From contig NW_024704743.1 in NCBI RefSeq assembly GCF_018977255.1, positions 57,476,001-57,540,000 of the forward strand: a stretch of DNA of 64,000 nt. The letters run 5' to 3'. The position numbers were made by a program, and so were the translations under genes. The stretch is from Callorhinchus milii (lineage: Eukaryota). Below the pieces are notes generated by a model that saw only the letters and a program-made list of their open reading frames with translations, was not told the DNA's origin and did no database searches. The first letter of the stretch is position 1, and each line of letters opens with the position of its first letter. Positions 1 through 10,960 of this stretch are shown here, piece after piece.

Positions 1-541
1 AAGGGAATATCTAGATTTCTATTTATTTTAAGACATGGAATTTCTCAATATGTTGGCTGATCCATTATGAGAGGTGGGATCTTCATTCCAATACCTGCTC
101 AATTTTCTGTGTTGTGGGGTTTTTGGAGATGCTGTACTGTATATTAAAGTGAAAAGTGCACAAGTGTAATAAACTATGAAACCAGAAGCAACATTGACAA
201 TGTATGTTAACACTCAGCATTTCACCTCTGTGCATAACCATCAATCCGGCTATATTTGGTGACATGAGGGATTACAGCACTGTACTGTAAATATTCATCG
301 AATATTTACAGCAAACACATGAATTTTGCAGCATTATATGCTTCAAGATGGTACTTTTTAAATGTTTCCATTAAACTACATTGCTTTAAATACGATGGAA
401 CAGAAATGGACAAGGGAATAATGTGCAAAGCATGGTTTTGTGGGGATTGCAAAACGCAAGGTTCACTTTACTGAATCCTTTTATTTTCCTGTTTCTGAAT
501 TCAAGCAAAGACAAACCTTAAATTAGAAATGATGGGGTGAA

Positions 542-1601
542 AACAACAACAACAACAAAATTGCATTTATAGAGCGCCTTTCACGTCGGGAGGACGTCCC
601 AAGGTGCTGCACAGTTGGCTCGGGACCCGAGCAGGGAAATGGTCAGGGTGAGGGAGGGAAGGAAGGGAGTGAGGAGGGGGTAAAGAGTCGAGAGGTGAGC
701 TGAAGCCATGGTCGAAGAGAAAGGCCTTGAGACCGGCCTTGAAGGAGGAAAGGGAGGAGGCAAGGCGAAGGCACTGGGGGATGGAGTTCCAGAGCCTAGG
801 GGTTGAGAGGCTGAAAGCCCGGCCACCGATGGTAGGACGGTTAGGTAGGGGGATGTGGAGCAGACCGGAGCCAGAGGAACAGAGGGTACGGGCAGGTAAG
901 TAGGGGGATAGTAGGTTGGAGAGATAGGAGGGAGCAAAGCCATGAATGGCCTTGTAGGTGAGGATGAGGATCTTGAATTTGATCCTCTGGGGGATGGGGA
1001 GTCAGTGGAGGTGAGCGAGGGTGGGAGTGATGTGATCGCGAAGCCTGGTGCGGGACAGTACACGAGCTGCAGAGTTCTGAATGACCTGCAGCTTGTGGAG
1101 GGAGGTGCCGGGAAGGCCGACGGGGAGAGAGTTCGCGTAGTCCAACCTTGAGGTGATAAAGGTGTGGAACAGTGTTTCAGCAGGGTGAGGGGTAAGGTAG
1201 TGCCGTAGTCTGGCGATGTTTCGGAAGGCGGTGCCAGTTGTGGCGCGGATGTGGGGAAGAAAGGACAGCTCAGGGTCGAACAGAACACCGAGGCTTCTGA
1301 CTGGCTTTGAGAGGTGGAGAGTGCAGCCTTGGATGCTGATGCTGTCAGCGCCTGAGGTGCGGAGGCGCTGACGTGAGCCAATCAGGAGGGCCTCAGTTTT
1401 GTGCACATTGAGCTGAAGAAAGTTATCTCTCGTCCAGGACTCGATGTCAGTGTCAGACAGGCTGTCAGGACATCGGTGGTCGTAGAGTTGAGGGTAGAGG
1501 AGGAAAGGTGGAGTTGGGTGTTATCCGCATACATGTGGAAGTTAACCCCATGTCTGAGGATGATGTCACCAAGGGGAGCATATAGAGCGTGAAGAGGAGG
1601 G
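542..1601 (-). mobile_element. L2 LINE, subfamily A, 5'-truncated
   Basis: Minus-strand translation gives FHMYADNTQL, KTEALLIGS, ITSRLDYANSL, FKAGLKAFLF. Ends in stem-loop GGGACGTCCTCCCGACGTGAAAGGCGCT and a (TTG)n tail (AAC repeats at 542-558). Confidence 0.95.
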
Positions 1602-1964
1602 GAAAAATATAGTGCTTCAACATAAAACATTGCAAATTGGACCCCTATTGCTATATTGTATTACAAGCCACTATTACATTGTTAGGTGGCATATAATACA
1701 CTGTTGGTTGGTGTTTAAATCAAGCTTCATACGTGTATACATTGTACAATATTGTTACTTTTATACAGTCAATTGGAAGGTTGAATGTATAATTTTCAAA
1801 ATTACTTGGAAAAGAGTGGAATTGGTAGATCAGAATTTGAAGATCAGAAGACTACAAGAAAAAGTTCAGATGAAGGCGCCCCTGCAGCCCATTTGAACTC
1901 ATCTGTCCAGAATATAATAATAATCCTTACATTTGATATAGCACTTTATCATATGGTTGAGACC

Positions 1965-2165
1965 TCATCCTACCATTCTTGTAGTATAGCATCAACCCGT
2001 TTTTTAAATGAGTCCAGTGTCCTGGCCTCAACCACCTTTCCTGGAAAACTGTTCCACTTGTTAATTATTCTCTGGGTATAGAAAGCCTTCCTGGTGTCTG
2101 TCCCGAAATTGCTCTTTGCAACCTTGAACCCTGTACCGTCTTATTCTGCTGCCTTGATGCATTTG
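1965..2165 (-). mobile_element. CR1 LINE ORF2 C-terminal fragment
   Basis: Reverse translation resembles the CR1 ORF2 end (FYTQRIINKWNSFPGKVVEARTLDSFKK). Confidence 0.75.
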
Positions 2166-3799
2166 AAAATAGCTATCAGTTTGCTTTCTGAATCCCAATT
2201 TCTCTTTGCTGATAAGATAATGATAATGTAGGGCTGCTTTTTTTTGCTGAGTAAGAAATGTTTATCAGTTGGCACAGCTTCTCTGGTGCCTTCTATTTAC
2301 AAACCACTATTCTGGATATTTAACCTTTTTGAACTTATCGTGCTTTTTTTTCATTTTCAAGTCACACAGATCCTTCAACATCCTTGAATTACTTATTTAA
2401 TTGTTATGTGGATATTTCCAAGACTTTTGAAGCGCACTCACTATAAATGGATGACATTATACAGCCCATAATTTCCTCCTTTCAGTCACATCAAATTTGA
2501 TTTCACTAAAATGTGAGGCTGGTATTTCTGTAAGAAGGTTGAATATGCCTTAATGAGGTTTAGTAAAAGCTATTTCAGTTTAGTTGCTATCAGTGCAAAA
2601 TAAGATGACTGGCAGCAGAGGTCAACTGGTTTATTTCCGGTTGTTAAGGTGTTGATTTGCATTATTCAATCTAATTTTCCATTAAACGGCTTTAAGGAAT
2701 ACTCCAGGGAAGAATTGCAAAAATCCCATTTATGAGCACTTTCCCAGTGGCTGTGCTATTTGACTTTAACCATTTTAAAGTACATTGCTGTGTGTTATTT
2801 GTTTTTGCTCAAATACATATAGTGGAACCTTAACTACCTGTCCCACCATTATTGGCCCTGGGTTATTTATAAATCAGAAAACTGGATATTTTGCTTGTCT
2901 CAGATCTCAATCCCACCTCCATTAGTTTGTCCAACCTCCTCTCCTCACCGATCCCAGCCTCCCATCTACTCTCCTCCCTGACCTCAGTCACCCTCCACTA
3001 GGCTCTTCCTTTACTGGCCTCCCTGATGTCAGTTCCCCTCTACTACTCTCCTTGACCTCAGGCTCCTCTCTTTTAGCTTCTAATCTCAGACCCCTCTTCA
3101 CCTGGTGACATAATGGCTGTATATCGCTCAGGCCCAGGACGTATACTTTGCAACTGGTTGAAAGAAGTCTCTGTCCATCCATGTAGCAGGGCCAGTGACA
3201 ACAAGGAAATCTGAGGCTACATGGACAGGACAAGGCTGTTGTGGAGAAGACACTGCATCTGTTCAGCATGGTGCTTGAGAGACCATGAAATTGTGAATGC
3301 CCAAGCAAGGTGGGAAACGTGTATGAAAGCAAGGAATAGAAAGGGTAACAGGGAACTAACTGTGATATTAAATTCCTGCAACCCTCTGGCACTGATAGAG
3401 GGAGAAAGCATTGTCAGTCCATATCAGAGATGTTGAAGGATGCTGAAGGTTTTTCTGTAAATAAGTAAAACAGTAATTTTTAAGTCTGTCTTGGTGTATA
3501 TTCAGTATCTGTCTGGCTCTGCTGGTCTGCTGGCAGGGTTACAATATATTTTCTTTCAGACAATATTTAATTTAACAGCCAATCTTTTTTCTTCATTAGA
3601 CTCCTCAACATACCATTTATGCTCTTTGAGGCGAGTGATATCGGTGCACTTTTGTCACCTGGTGTCAAGCAATTCCAGGTTAGGTCAAATGCAGTCTAGA
3701 GCTCCCTTTCTCCAATAATAGACCTGCAGTTCCACTGTCATTTTGCCTTAACTTTTATAAAAGCACATAATTGTCGAATGTTCTCAAAATCCTCTTTGA

Positions 3800-3940
3800 T
3801 ATGGGAATTGTTATTTCTCAGTTCTTAAAAAGAACCGGTTTCCAAATGAATTCAAGATTTTTCCACAATCCTGTGCAAACTTAAATGTTAAAACAAAATG
3901 GTTTTAATATCAAAGAATTCCAGAAACAAAATTTCCCTTA
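3800..3940. repeat. Arm of palindromic MITE-like family
   Basis: AAGATTTTTCCACAATCCTGTGCAAACTTAAATGTTAAAACAAAATGG matches both arms of the 30710-30955 element. Confidence 0.55.
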
Positions 3941-4194
3941 AATCTAAACTCGGAGGAGGTCACTGCTACTGAACCAATGTGACATTTCTTGCTTTTCACT
4001 GTCATCACTCAACCTTTGAGTGAGCTTTTCAGTTTATTACCAAAACAAGAATAATTTTGTCCTATGTATCCAAGCATACTTGGATATCAGTTATGGGTTA
4101 TGGGCTATATGTACTCAGCCTTCTTTTTAAATTATTGTACTCAGGTTTTTTTTAATTTTCTCCCCTTTGGTATATGATTTGCTACTCTTAGTCT

Positions 4195-4341
4195 GCCCTC
4201 CTCTTGGGGACACAATACAATACACAATACAAATGTGGTTTACCCTCCTCTAGTCTACCCAACAAGCCATTGTCATTCTTCATAGGTGAGCTTTGGCAGT
4301 GAGTGTCCAGGTCCCTTGACTGTGGAGAGGGTATCACAGTC
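4195..4341 (-). mobile_element. Old SINE-like repeat (family C), 3' part, interrupted by L2
   Basis: Reverse complement (CTGTGATACCCTCT...ACACTCACTGCCAAAGCTCACCTATGAAG) aligns with 32615-32690. Confidence 0.7.
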
Positions 4342-4372
4342 AACAACAACAACAGTAACAACAAGATTCCAT

Positions 4373-7300
4373 TTATAGAGCGCCTTTCACGTCGGGAGGA
4401 CGTCCCAAGGCGCTATACAGTTGGGTCAGGACCCGAGCAGGGAGGAAATGGTCAGGGTGAGTGGAGGGAAGGGAGGGAGCGAGGAGGGGGTAGAGAGTCG
4501 AGAGGGGAGTTGAAGGCACGGTCAAAGAGAAAGGTCTTGAGACCGGCCTTGAAGGAGGAAAGGGAGGAAGCGGCGAAAGCACTGGGGATAGAGTTCCAGA
4601 GTCTAGGGGCTGAGAGGCTGAAGGCCCGGCCTTGTAGGTGAGGATGAGGATCTTGAAATCAATCGTCTGGGGGATGGGGAGCCAGTGGAGGCGAGCGAGG
4701 GTGGGAGTGATGTGGTCGCGAAGCCTGGTGCGGGACAGTACACGAGCTGCAGAGTTCTGAATGACCTGCAGCTTGTGGAGGGAGGTGCCGGGAAGGCCGG
4801 CGAGGAGAGAGTTCCCATAGTCCAGCCTTGAGGTGACAAAGGCGTGGACCAGAGTTTCAGCAGCGTGAGGGGTGAGGTAGTGCCGTAGTCTGGCGATATT
4901 CCGGAGGTGATGGAAGATGGTGCCAGTTGTGGCGCGGATATGAGGGAGAAAGGACAGCTCAGGGTCGAACAGAACCCCGAGGTTCCTGACTGGCTTTGAG
5001 AGGTGGAGAGTGCAGCCTTGGATGCTGATGCTGTCAGCGCCTGAGGTGCGGAGGCGCTGACGTGAGCCAATCAGGAGGGCCTCAGTTTTACGCACGTTGA
5101 GCTGAAGAAAGTTGTCTCTCGTCCAGGACTCGATGTCGGACAGGCAGCTGTCAGGACATCGGTGGTCGTGGAGTTGAGGGTAGAGGAGGAAAGGTAGAGT
5201 TGGGTGTCATCCGCATACATGTGGAAGTTAACCCCATGTCTGCGGATGATGTCACCACAGGGGGAGCATATAGAGGGTGAAGAGGAGGGGACCGAGGACA
5301 GAGCCCTGAGGGACACCGCACGAGACAGTGCGGGGGCTGGAGGAAAAGCCATTCGTGGAAACAAAGTGAAGACGGTGGGAGAGGTACGACCTAAACCACT
5401 CAAGGACAGGGCCTTGAAGGTTGAGGTGGGAGGACAAGCGGTGGAGGAGGATAGCGTGGTCGACCGTATCGAATGCTGCCGATAGGTCGAGGAGGACGAG
5501 GAGGCAGAGGGAGCCCTGGTCACAGATGGTCAGGATGTCATTGGTGACCTTGACCAGGGCAGTTTCTGTGCTATGGGCAGCACGGAAACCTGACTGAAGG
5601 GGTTCGAATAATGAATGGGTGGAGAGGAAAGAGCGCAGCTGGGAGGCGACAACTCGTTCCAGGACCTTGGACAGGAAGGGGAGGTTGGAGATGGGCCGGT
5701 AGCTTGATAGCTGCGACGCATCAAGGGAGGGTTTTTTCAAGGTGGGAGTGATGGTGGCAGTTTTTAAGGGAATGGGAACAGAGCCAGAGGAGAGGGACAG
5801 GTTGACGATGTCTGTGATATGTGGGGCAAGGAGGTGGAGCTGGGAGATAAGGAGTGGAGTGGGGATGGGGTCAAGGGAGCAGGTGGTGGGTTTCAGGGAT
5901 AGGATGAGTTTGGTGACAGAGGGTGGGGAAACGGGTACGAAATGTGTAGGGGAGGATGGGTAGGAGTCGGAGTGTGGGAGGGAGGGGGTGGGGGGTGGGT
6001 GGATGTTTGAGGTGAAGTGACCGCGGAGCGAATTCCCTTGATTTTAGATTCAAGGAAATCCAGCATCTCCTCGCAGTGAAGGTTGGAGGAGATGACCTGC
6101 GCGGGGTGGTGGTGGGGAACGGAGGAGTCGGGATTTGGTAGAAAACAGTAGACTGGGGTTGTTCTTCGCCTCCAGGATTATCCTGGAGTAGAAGGATGAC
6201 TTGGCCGAGGCTAGAGTGGAGCGGTAGATTTTGAGTAGGTCCAGCCAGATTTGTCGGTGGTCCGTTAGGCCAGATTTGACTTAGGTGTGTTCAGCGGCTC
6301 TTCAGTGAGCGGAGGTGGGTGGTGAACCAGGGGGAGGAGCGAGAGTAGGAGACAGTATGGGAGGTGATGGGGGCAAGAGTATCGAGTGTGGAGGAGAGGG
6401 TGTTGTGGAGGAGGGTGAGAGGAGAAGAGGGGTCAGTGAGGGTTGAAGGCCAGAGGGAGAGGAGTTCAGAGGACTCCAAGGCAGCGGTTAGGGATTGTGG
6501 GGGTAACTTCTTCCAGGGGGGTAGAAGATGGTGGTGGGTCTGGTGGAGGTGGGGAGGGGGGTGGAGGTGGTGAAGGAGATGAAGTGGTGGTCGGAGACGG
6601 CCTTGTCGGTGATAGTGACATCCGAGACACTGAGGCCCCGGGTGATCACCAAGTCGAGTGGGTGGCCGTGACTGTGAGTGGGGGAGTTGATATGGAGGGA
6701 GAGGTTGAGCGAGGAGAGCAGGGAAGAGAAGTCTGAGGAGATGGAGCAGGAGGGGGTGAAGTGCAGGTTAAAGTCGCCCAGGATGATGAGGCGATCAGAG
6801 CAGAGGCAGAGAGATGTAAGAAGTGTCGAAATATCGGAGATGAAGGTGGGAGAGGTTTTAGGGGGCCGGTAGAGGAGGAGGATTTTGAGTGAGAGGAAGG
6901 AGGAGTGGGAGAGGGTGAGGTGCTCGAAAGAGGGGAAAGAGCCAGAGGTGTAGGGGAATAGGGCAAGTGGTGTCCTTGAGATAAGGGCTACACCACCGCC
7001 ACGGCGGTTGGGGCGAGGGATGTGGTGGGAGGTGTAGCCGGGTGGTGTGGCCTCCGTGAGGGGGAAGGTGTCGCCTGGGGTGAGCCAGGTTTCCGTTAAG
7101 GCCATGATGTCAACGCTCTCATCAAGGATGAGATCGTTGATGACCAGGGCCTTGTTACAGAGGGAGCGGACGTTTTGCAGTCCGATGTGGAGGGAGCGGT
7201 TGACAGAAGGGTGTGTGGGAGGGGAGGGGGTCCAGGTTGTGAGGCAGGGGTGGGGGAAATGGGGATAAGGGAGGAGAGGTTGGCTCCCCGGGTCTGTGTC

Positions 7301-7560
7301 CGGGGTGGCTGGCGAGTGTGGTGGGGAATGGGGCAGTCGGTGTGGCTGCTGCTGGACAGCCAACGCCGAGTGCCACGGTGAGCCCGGCGGAGGATTCCCA
7401 GGCTGGAACAGAGGGAGGTTGTGGGAGGGTCAATTGGGGATAGAAGGCGAGAGGGACGGAGAGAGGGGAGGACAGAGTGGGAGAGATGCAGAGGGGAGAG
7501 GGTTTGGGGGTAGAGAGGAGGGAGAAGGGTGAGGGGGCTCGGGTCAAAGAGGCAACTGTA
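4373..7560 (-). pseudogene. L2 ORF2 (APE endonuclease + reverse transcriptase), frameshifted
   Basis: APE motifs QNVRSL, ALTETWL, GGGVA, LYRPP, GDFN, LDLVIT, SDH. RT motifs [48 protein letters not shown]. Split over several frames. Confidence 0.92.
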
Positions 7561-7728
7561 GTGCGCACGCGGGGACCGGGAGCGAGCGGTCAGGTGGATG
7601 GCATTAGCCCATAGGCTGGGGCTGGGGCAGCCAACCCAACAGGACCACGGTGGGCCCTGATGTGAGCCCTGGGGGGGGCGCAGAGGGTTTTTCTTTTTGC
7701 GCGCGCACACTCCTGAAAACTATAACTA

Positions 7729-7736
7729 TGACGTCA
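7729..7736. promoter_or_regulatory. Perfect CRE palindrome TGACGTCA in L2 5' UTR
   Basis: Motif lies about 95 nt from the inferred element 5' end in GC-rich sequence. Function is inferred only. Confidence 0.35.
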
Positions 7737-7830
7737 GCGGTTCCCCCGCTCTGCACCCACCCCATCCCTCCTCAGCCCCACAGCCCCCACAGCCCACCTC
7801 CCCTGGCTGCACTCCCTGCCGCCGCTCCCC

Positions 7831-8030
7831 GTCGAGCTTGAGCTCTTCCCACGCAGCTGCTGCACATGCATACAACCAGTAGAGGGTGCTGACAAGGGTT
7901 GAGTCTTCTCCCTCCTAATCCTGGGAATACAAGGGGCAATTTAACCTCCGCAGAACCCTCAACAATGGACCAGGATTGAAACCAGTGAGCTCTTGGCTGC
8001 AGCTTTATCCACTACACCTGCATTAACCAT
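7831..8030 (-). mobile_element. Old SINE-like repeat (family C), 5' part
   Basis: Reverse complement has a B-box-like GGTTTCAATCC and is collinear with 32430-32615. It continues into 4341 once the L2 is removed. Confidence 0.65.
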
Positions 8031-8769
8031 ATTTATTTCACCCCAATCTCCGGCATCCACGAAAAAGACACAGGAAACTCATCCACAGGTTCCAGAGGTA
8101 AAAGAGAGGAGTACGACCCCCCCTATGTCACCTAACTCTTATTTATTGGGTGTTTCAACAAAAATAATAGAATAAAACAACACAAATACATCAGTTCAAA
8201 TCCAATATATTTAGAGATGTCAAGCTTTCCAATGGAGTCGTCTCCCTGATATTTTTCAAATCTATCCATTTCTTATCTATACATTGTAGAGACCAGATGA
8301 TGAGAAAGAAGCAGCAGAGCAGCAGGAGTAAATTGATTTATTAAGGGAGGGTACACCAATTCCAGGGACTGGGAGGAGCCCATATTCCCCTGAAGGAAGG
8401 GAAGATGATATTCTTACATTGCATCTTTTATTCAGTAGAGCCATAACGAATGAAGCACGATTGCACAGCACAGCTTAAAATAAAATCAGAGGGACTTTAT
8501 TGTACAGCTGCCAGTTTGGATTCTCAGTGATTTTAGCCTCAAGTCTTTCAGCAAATCTCACTGCTAAACTGTTAATCTGCCAAGACACTTGGCTTTATGT
8601 AAACTGCAGGAGCTTCCTGGCATTTGCCACATCTATAGACATCAAACTTTATTCTGGTTATCTGTGCTATGATAAATTATATAAATAAGATTTTTGTGCA
8701 TTTAAATGAGTAGCATTTATAAATATTGGAGAAAAATGTGTGGTTTTGTTTAACATGTTAATTGTGCTA

Positions 8770-9190
8770 ATTATCATAATCCTTGCATTTGATATAGCGC
8801 CTAATCAAGTCCTCAAGGCATCTGAAAGTGCTTCACAGGATATACTGTACAGTGGTTTTAACTCTGTATATTATGGGCGAATTGCGGCAGCCAGCTGTGC
8901 ACAGCAATGTCCCATGAACAGCCATGAAGTGAGTGACCAGTTGTATTTGGGGAATTATTGGTTAGGAAACCGGGAGAAACTCCCTTCTGCTTTTGAATAG
9001 TGCCATGAGATTTTTAACGTCCACCTGAACAGGCAGACGGGAACTTAGTTTAACATCTCATCCGAAGGACAGCACCTCCGACAATGCAGCACCCCCAACC
9101 ACTGCATTGGAGTATCAGTTTAGACAATGTGATTCAATATCTCGATGTGGGGCTTGAACCCATAACCTTATGACTCAGAGGAGAGTAAGA
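8770..9190 (-). mobile_element. Deu-domain tRNA SINE (SacSINE1/AmnSINE-like)
   Basis: Deu core GAATAGTGCCATGAGATTTTTAACGTCCACCTGAACAGGCAGACGG...TCATCCGAAGGACAGCACCTCCGAC, B-box GGTTCAAGCCC on minus, L2-type tail with (TTA)n. Confidence 0.85.
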
Positions 9191-9293
9191 CAAGTTACGC
9201 ATCAAATAATAAAAATAATAATCTTTGATATTTAGCTCATGCCAACCTATGCCTAATGTTTTGTGGAATTAGGTGTGTCCCTCTGGGGAGAGA

Positions 9294-9560
9294 AACAACA
9301 ACAACAACAAAATTACATTTGTAAAGTGCCTTTCACATTGGGAGGATGTCCCAAGGCCCTGATCAGTCAGGGATTAGGATCCGAGCGGAGGTGGGGCAGG
9401 GGCGGGAGGGGGGGGTTGGGAACAGAAAGGGTGGAGAGCAGAGAGGGTAGGATGGTGGCCGAAGTCACAGTTGAAGAAGAGGTTCTTGAGGTGTGCCTTG
9501 AAGGAGGCAAGGGAGGGAGAGAGCAGAACGTAATGTGGAATGGAGTTCCAGAGGCTGGAT
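9294..9560 (-). mobile_element. L2 subfamily A 3' fragment
   Basis: (AAC)n tail, stem-loop remnant and LKxxLF region. Confidence 0.85.
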
Positions 9561-9694
9561 GCAGAAAGTCACTGCATTCCAGATACAGGAAAATTGCCAT
9601 GGGAAATGTAAAACTCTCCACAATTGGTGAGAGCCGAGCATTAAAGAATACCTGAATTAGTATAAAGCATTCTTCATTTTTACCTATTTACCTC

Positions 9695-10050
9695 TTTCCC
9701 TGATCTGGGCTCTGGGAATGCTAGTCTGAATGGAGTGCACATAATTTCCTCAGGGTAGTGCATCCTGTCAGCTAATTCCAGAAACTATTAGACACAGGCT
9801 TTCAAGAGCTAAAACTCGGGGACACGGGGTAGGTGTCTAACCAGCTAAAATTGCATAGATTGCCATTGCGATCATTGTTATGGCAAGCTTCCTTCAGTTG
9901 GTCCATCTGGGACCACACCATCCATGAAGGCTTTATTAATAGAAGGTAGGATTAATAGAAGTTGAGGAAGAATCCCCTGCCCGCATTGACTGGTCTATAT
10001 CCCAAATCCTGTCAACCAACCAGCTCTGTCATAAGCAGTGGGATACTGGA
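9695..10050 (-). repeat. Unclassified ~600-bp family U, inverted copy
   Basis: Reverse complement aligns with 48080-48450 (CTAATTCCAGAAACTATTAGAC, TCTAACCAGCTAAAA, CTGGGACCAC, GACTGGTCT). Strand is relative to the 48080 copy. Confidence 0.7.
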
Positions 10051-10589
10051 AAATAGCTTAACTCATCTAGCATGAGTCAGAATCTTCAAGAAACGAGGGG
10101 AGAAAATTGAAGGGAAAGCACAGTAATCTCAAACAAGACTAACGTTTGAAGGAATCCTTATCTGACCTGAAACCCATTAAGGGAAGCATATCTATGGAAT
10201 CCCACAATAGGAGTTGAACATCATGCAATATTATTTGAAGATTTTGAGTTGTATTTACATTCGTAACGCCATAACTACAATATAAAAATTCCAATATAGA
10301 GGCAATGAATCCAAACTAATTCTGACACTGGAATACTGCCAACTTGAAAGCTAACTATGGCAGTGATCTGGTGATGGAGTAACATTCTGTGAGTTCCAGT
10401 CCAGGAATAGGAGCCAGCACAGTACTTTATAATCATATAATGGAGCCATCTGGTGCAAATCTGATCCCTTGGATTTTGAACAATGTATTGCCTGGTAGTT
10501 GCAATATGCACGTGTACACTTTATCCTGGATTTTTTCTGAAACCTGAAGCATAAATGCACAGGCATGTATTCTATGTTCACCTACAAAT

Positions 10590-10960
10590 ACAGATACTGT
10601 GTTTTACAGTAAATCCTGTGAAACATTTTGCGTCTTTTTAACACTGTGATAAGGTGCTTTGTCAAATACAAGGATTATAATAATAATCACTCACTCGCTC
10701 GATCACTAAATAAATCAATAAATAATAATAATGTGGTCACTCAATCCATGACTGTTTGTGGGATACTGCTGTATGCAATTGGCTTCTGCGTTTCGCCCAC
10801 AAAACACACAGTCACTACACTCTACAGTGTATCCTGCAGTTATTATAGCGCCTTTCACAATTTGAGAATGTTTCAAAACACTTCCCAGATTTACCGTAAA
10901 TTTTAGTGACTGTGTATTTGTAGGCAAAGACTGCAGCCAATTTGCACACAGCAATATTAA
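10590..10960. mobile_element. Cluster of SINE 3' halves in both orientations
   Basis: GCAATTGGC...CACAAAACACACAGTCACTACAC on plus, its reverse complement at about 10890-10955, and a CAAGGATTATAATAAT tail. Confidence 0.75.

Larger units (their letters stand above)
4342..7830 (-). mobile_element. L2 LINE, subfamily A, near or fully full-length, single ORF
   Basis: APE endonuclease, RT, C-terminal domain, 3' stem-loop (4379-4414) and (TTG)n tail. Flanked by GTC at 4339-4341 and 7831-7833 inside an interrupted older SINE. Confidence 0.93.

Noticed and set aside
581..1381. 266-aa Ser/Pro-rich ORF and similar ORFs (4603, 5071, 6646, 7155)
   Set aside because: Off-frame shadows of C-rich L2 ORF2, not independent genes.
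5960..6560. G-rich tracts suggesting G-quadruplexes
   Set aside because: Explained by the C-rich sense strand of L2; no independent evidence of function.
10436..10544. Possible minus-strand terminal exon VSEKIQDKVYTC...APDGSII*
   Set aside because: Acceptor only, no recognisable homology; compatible with chance.
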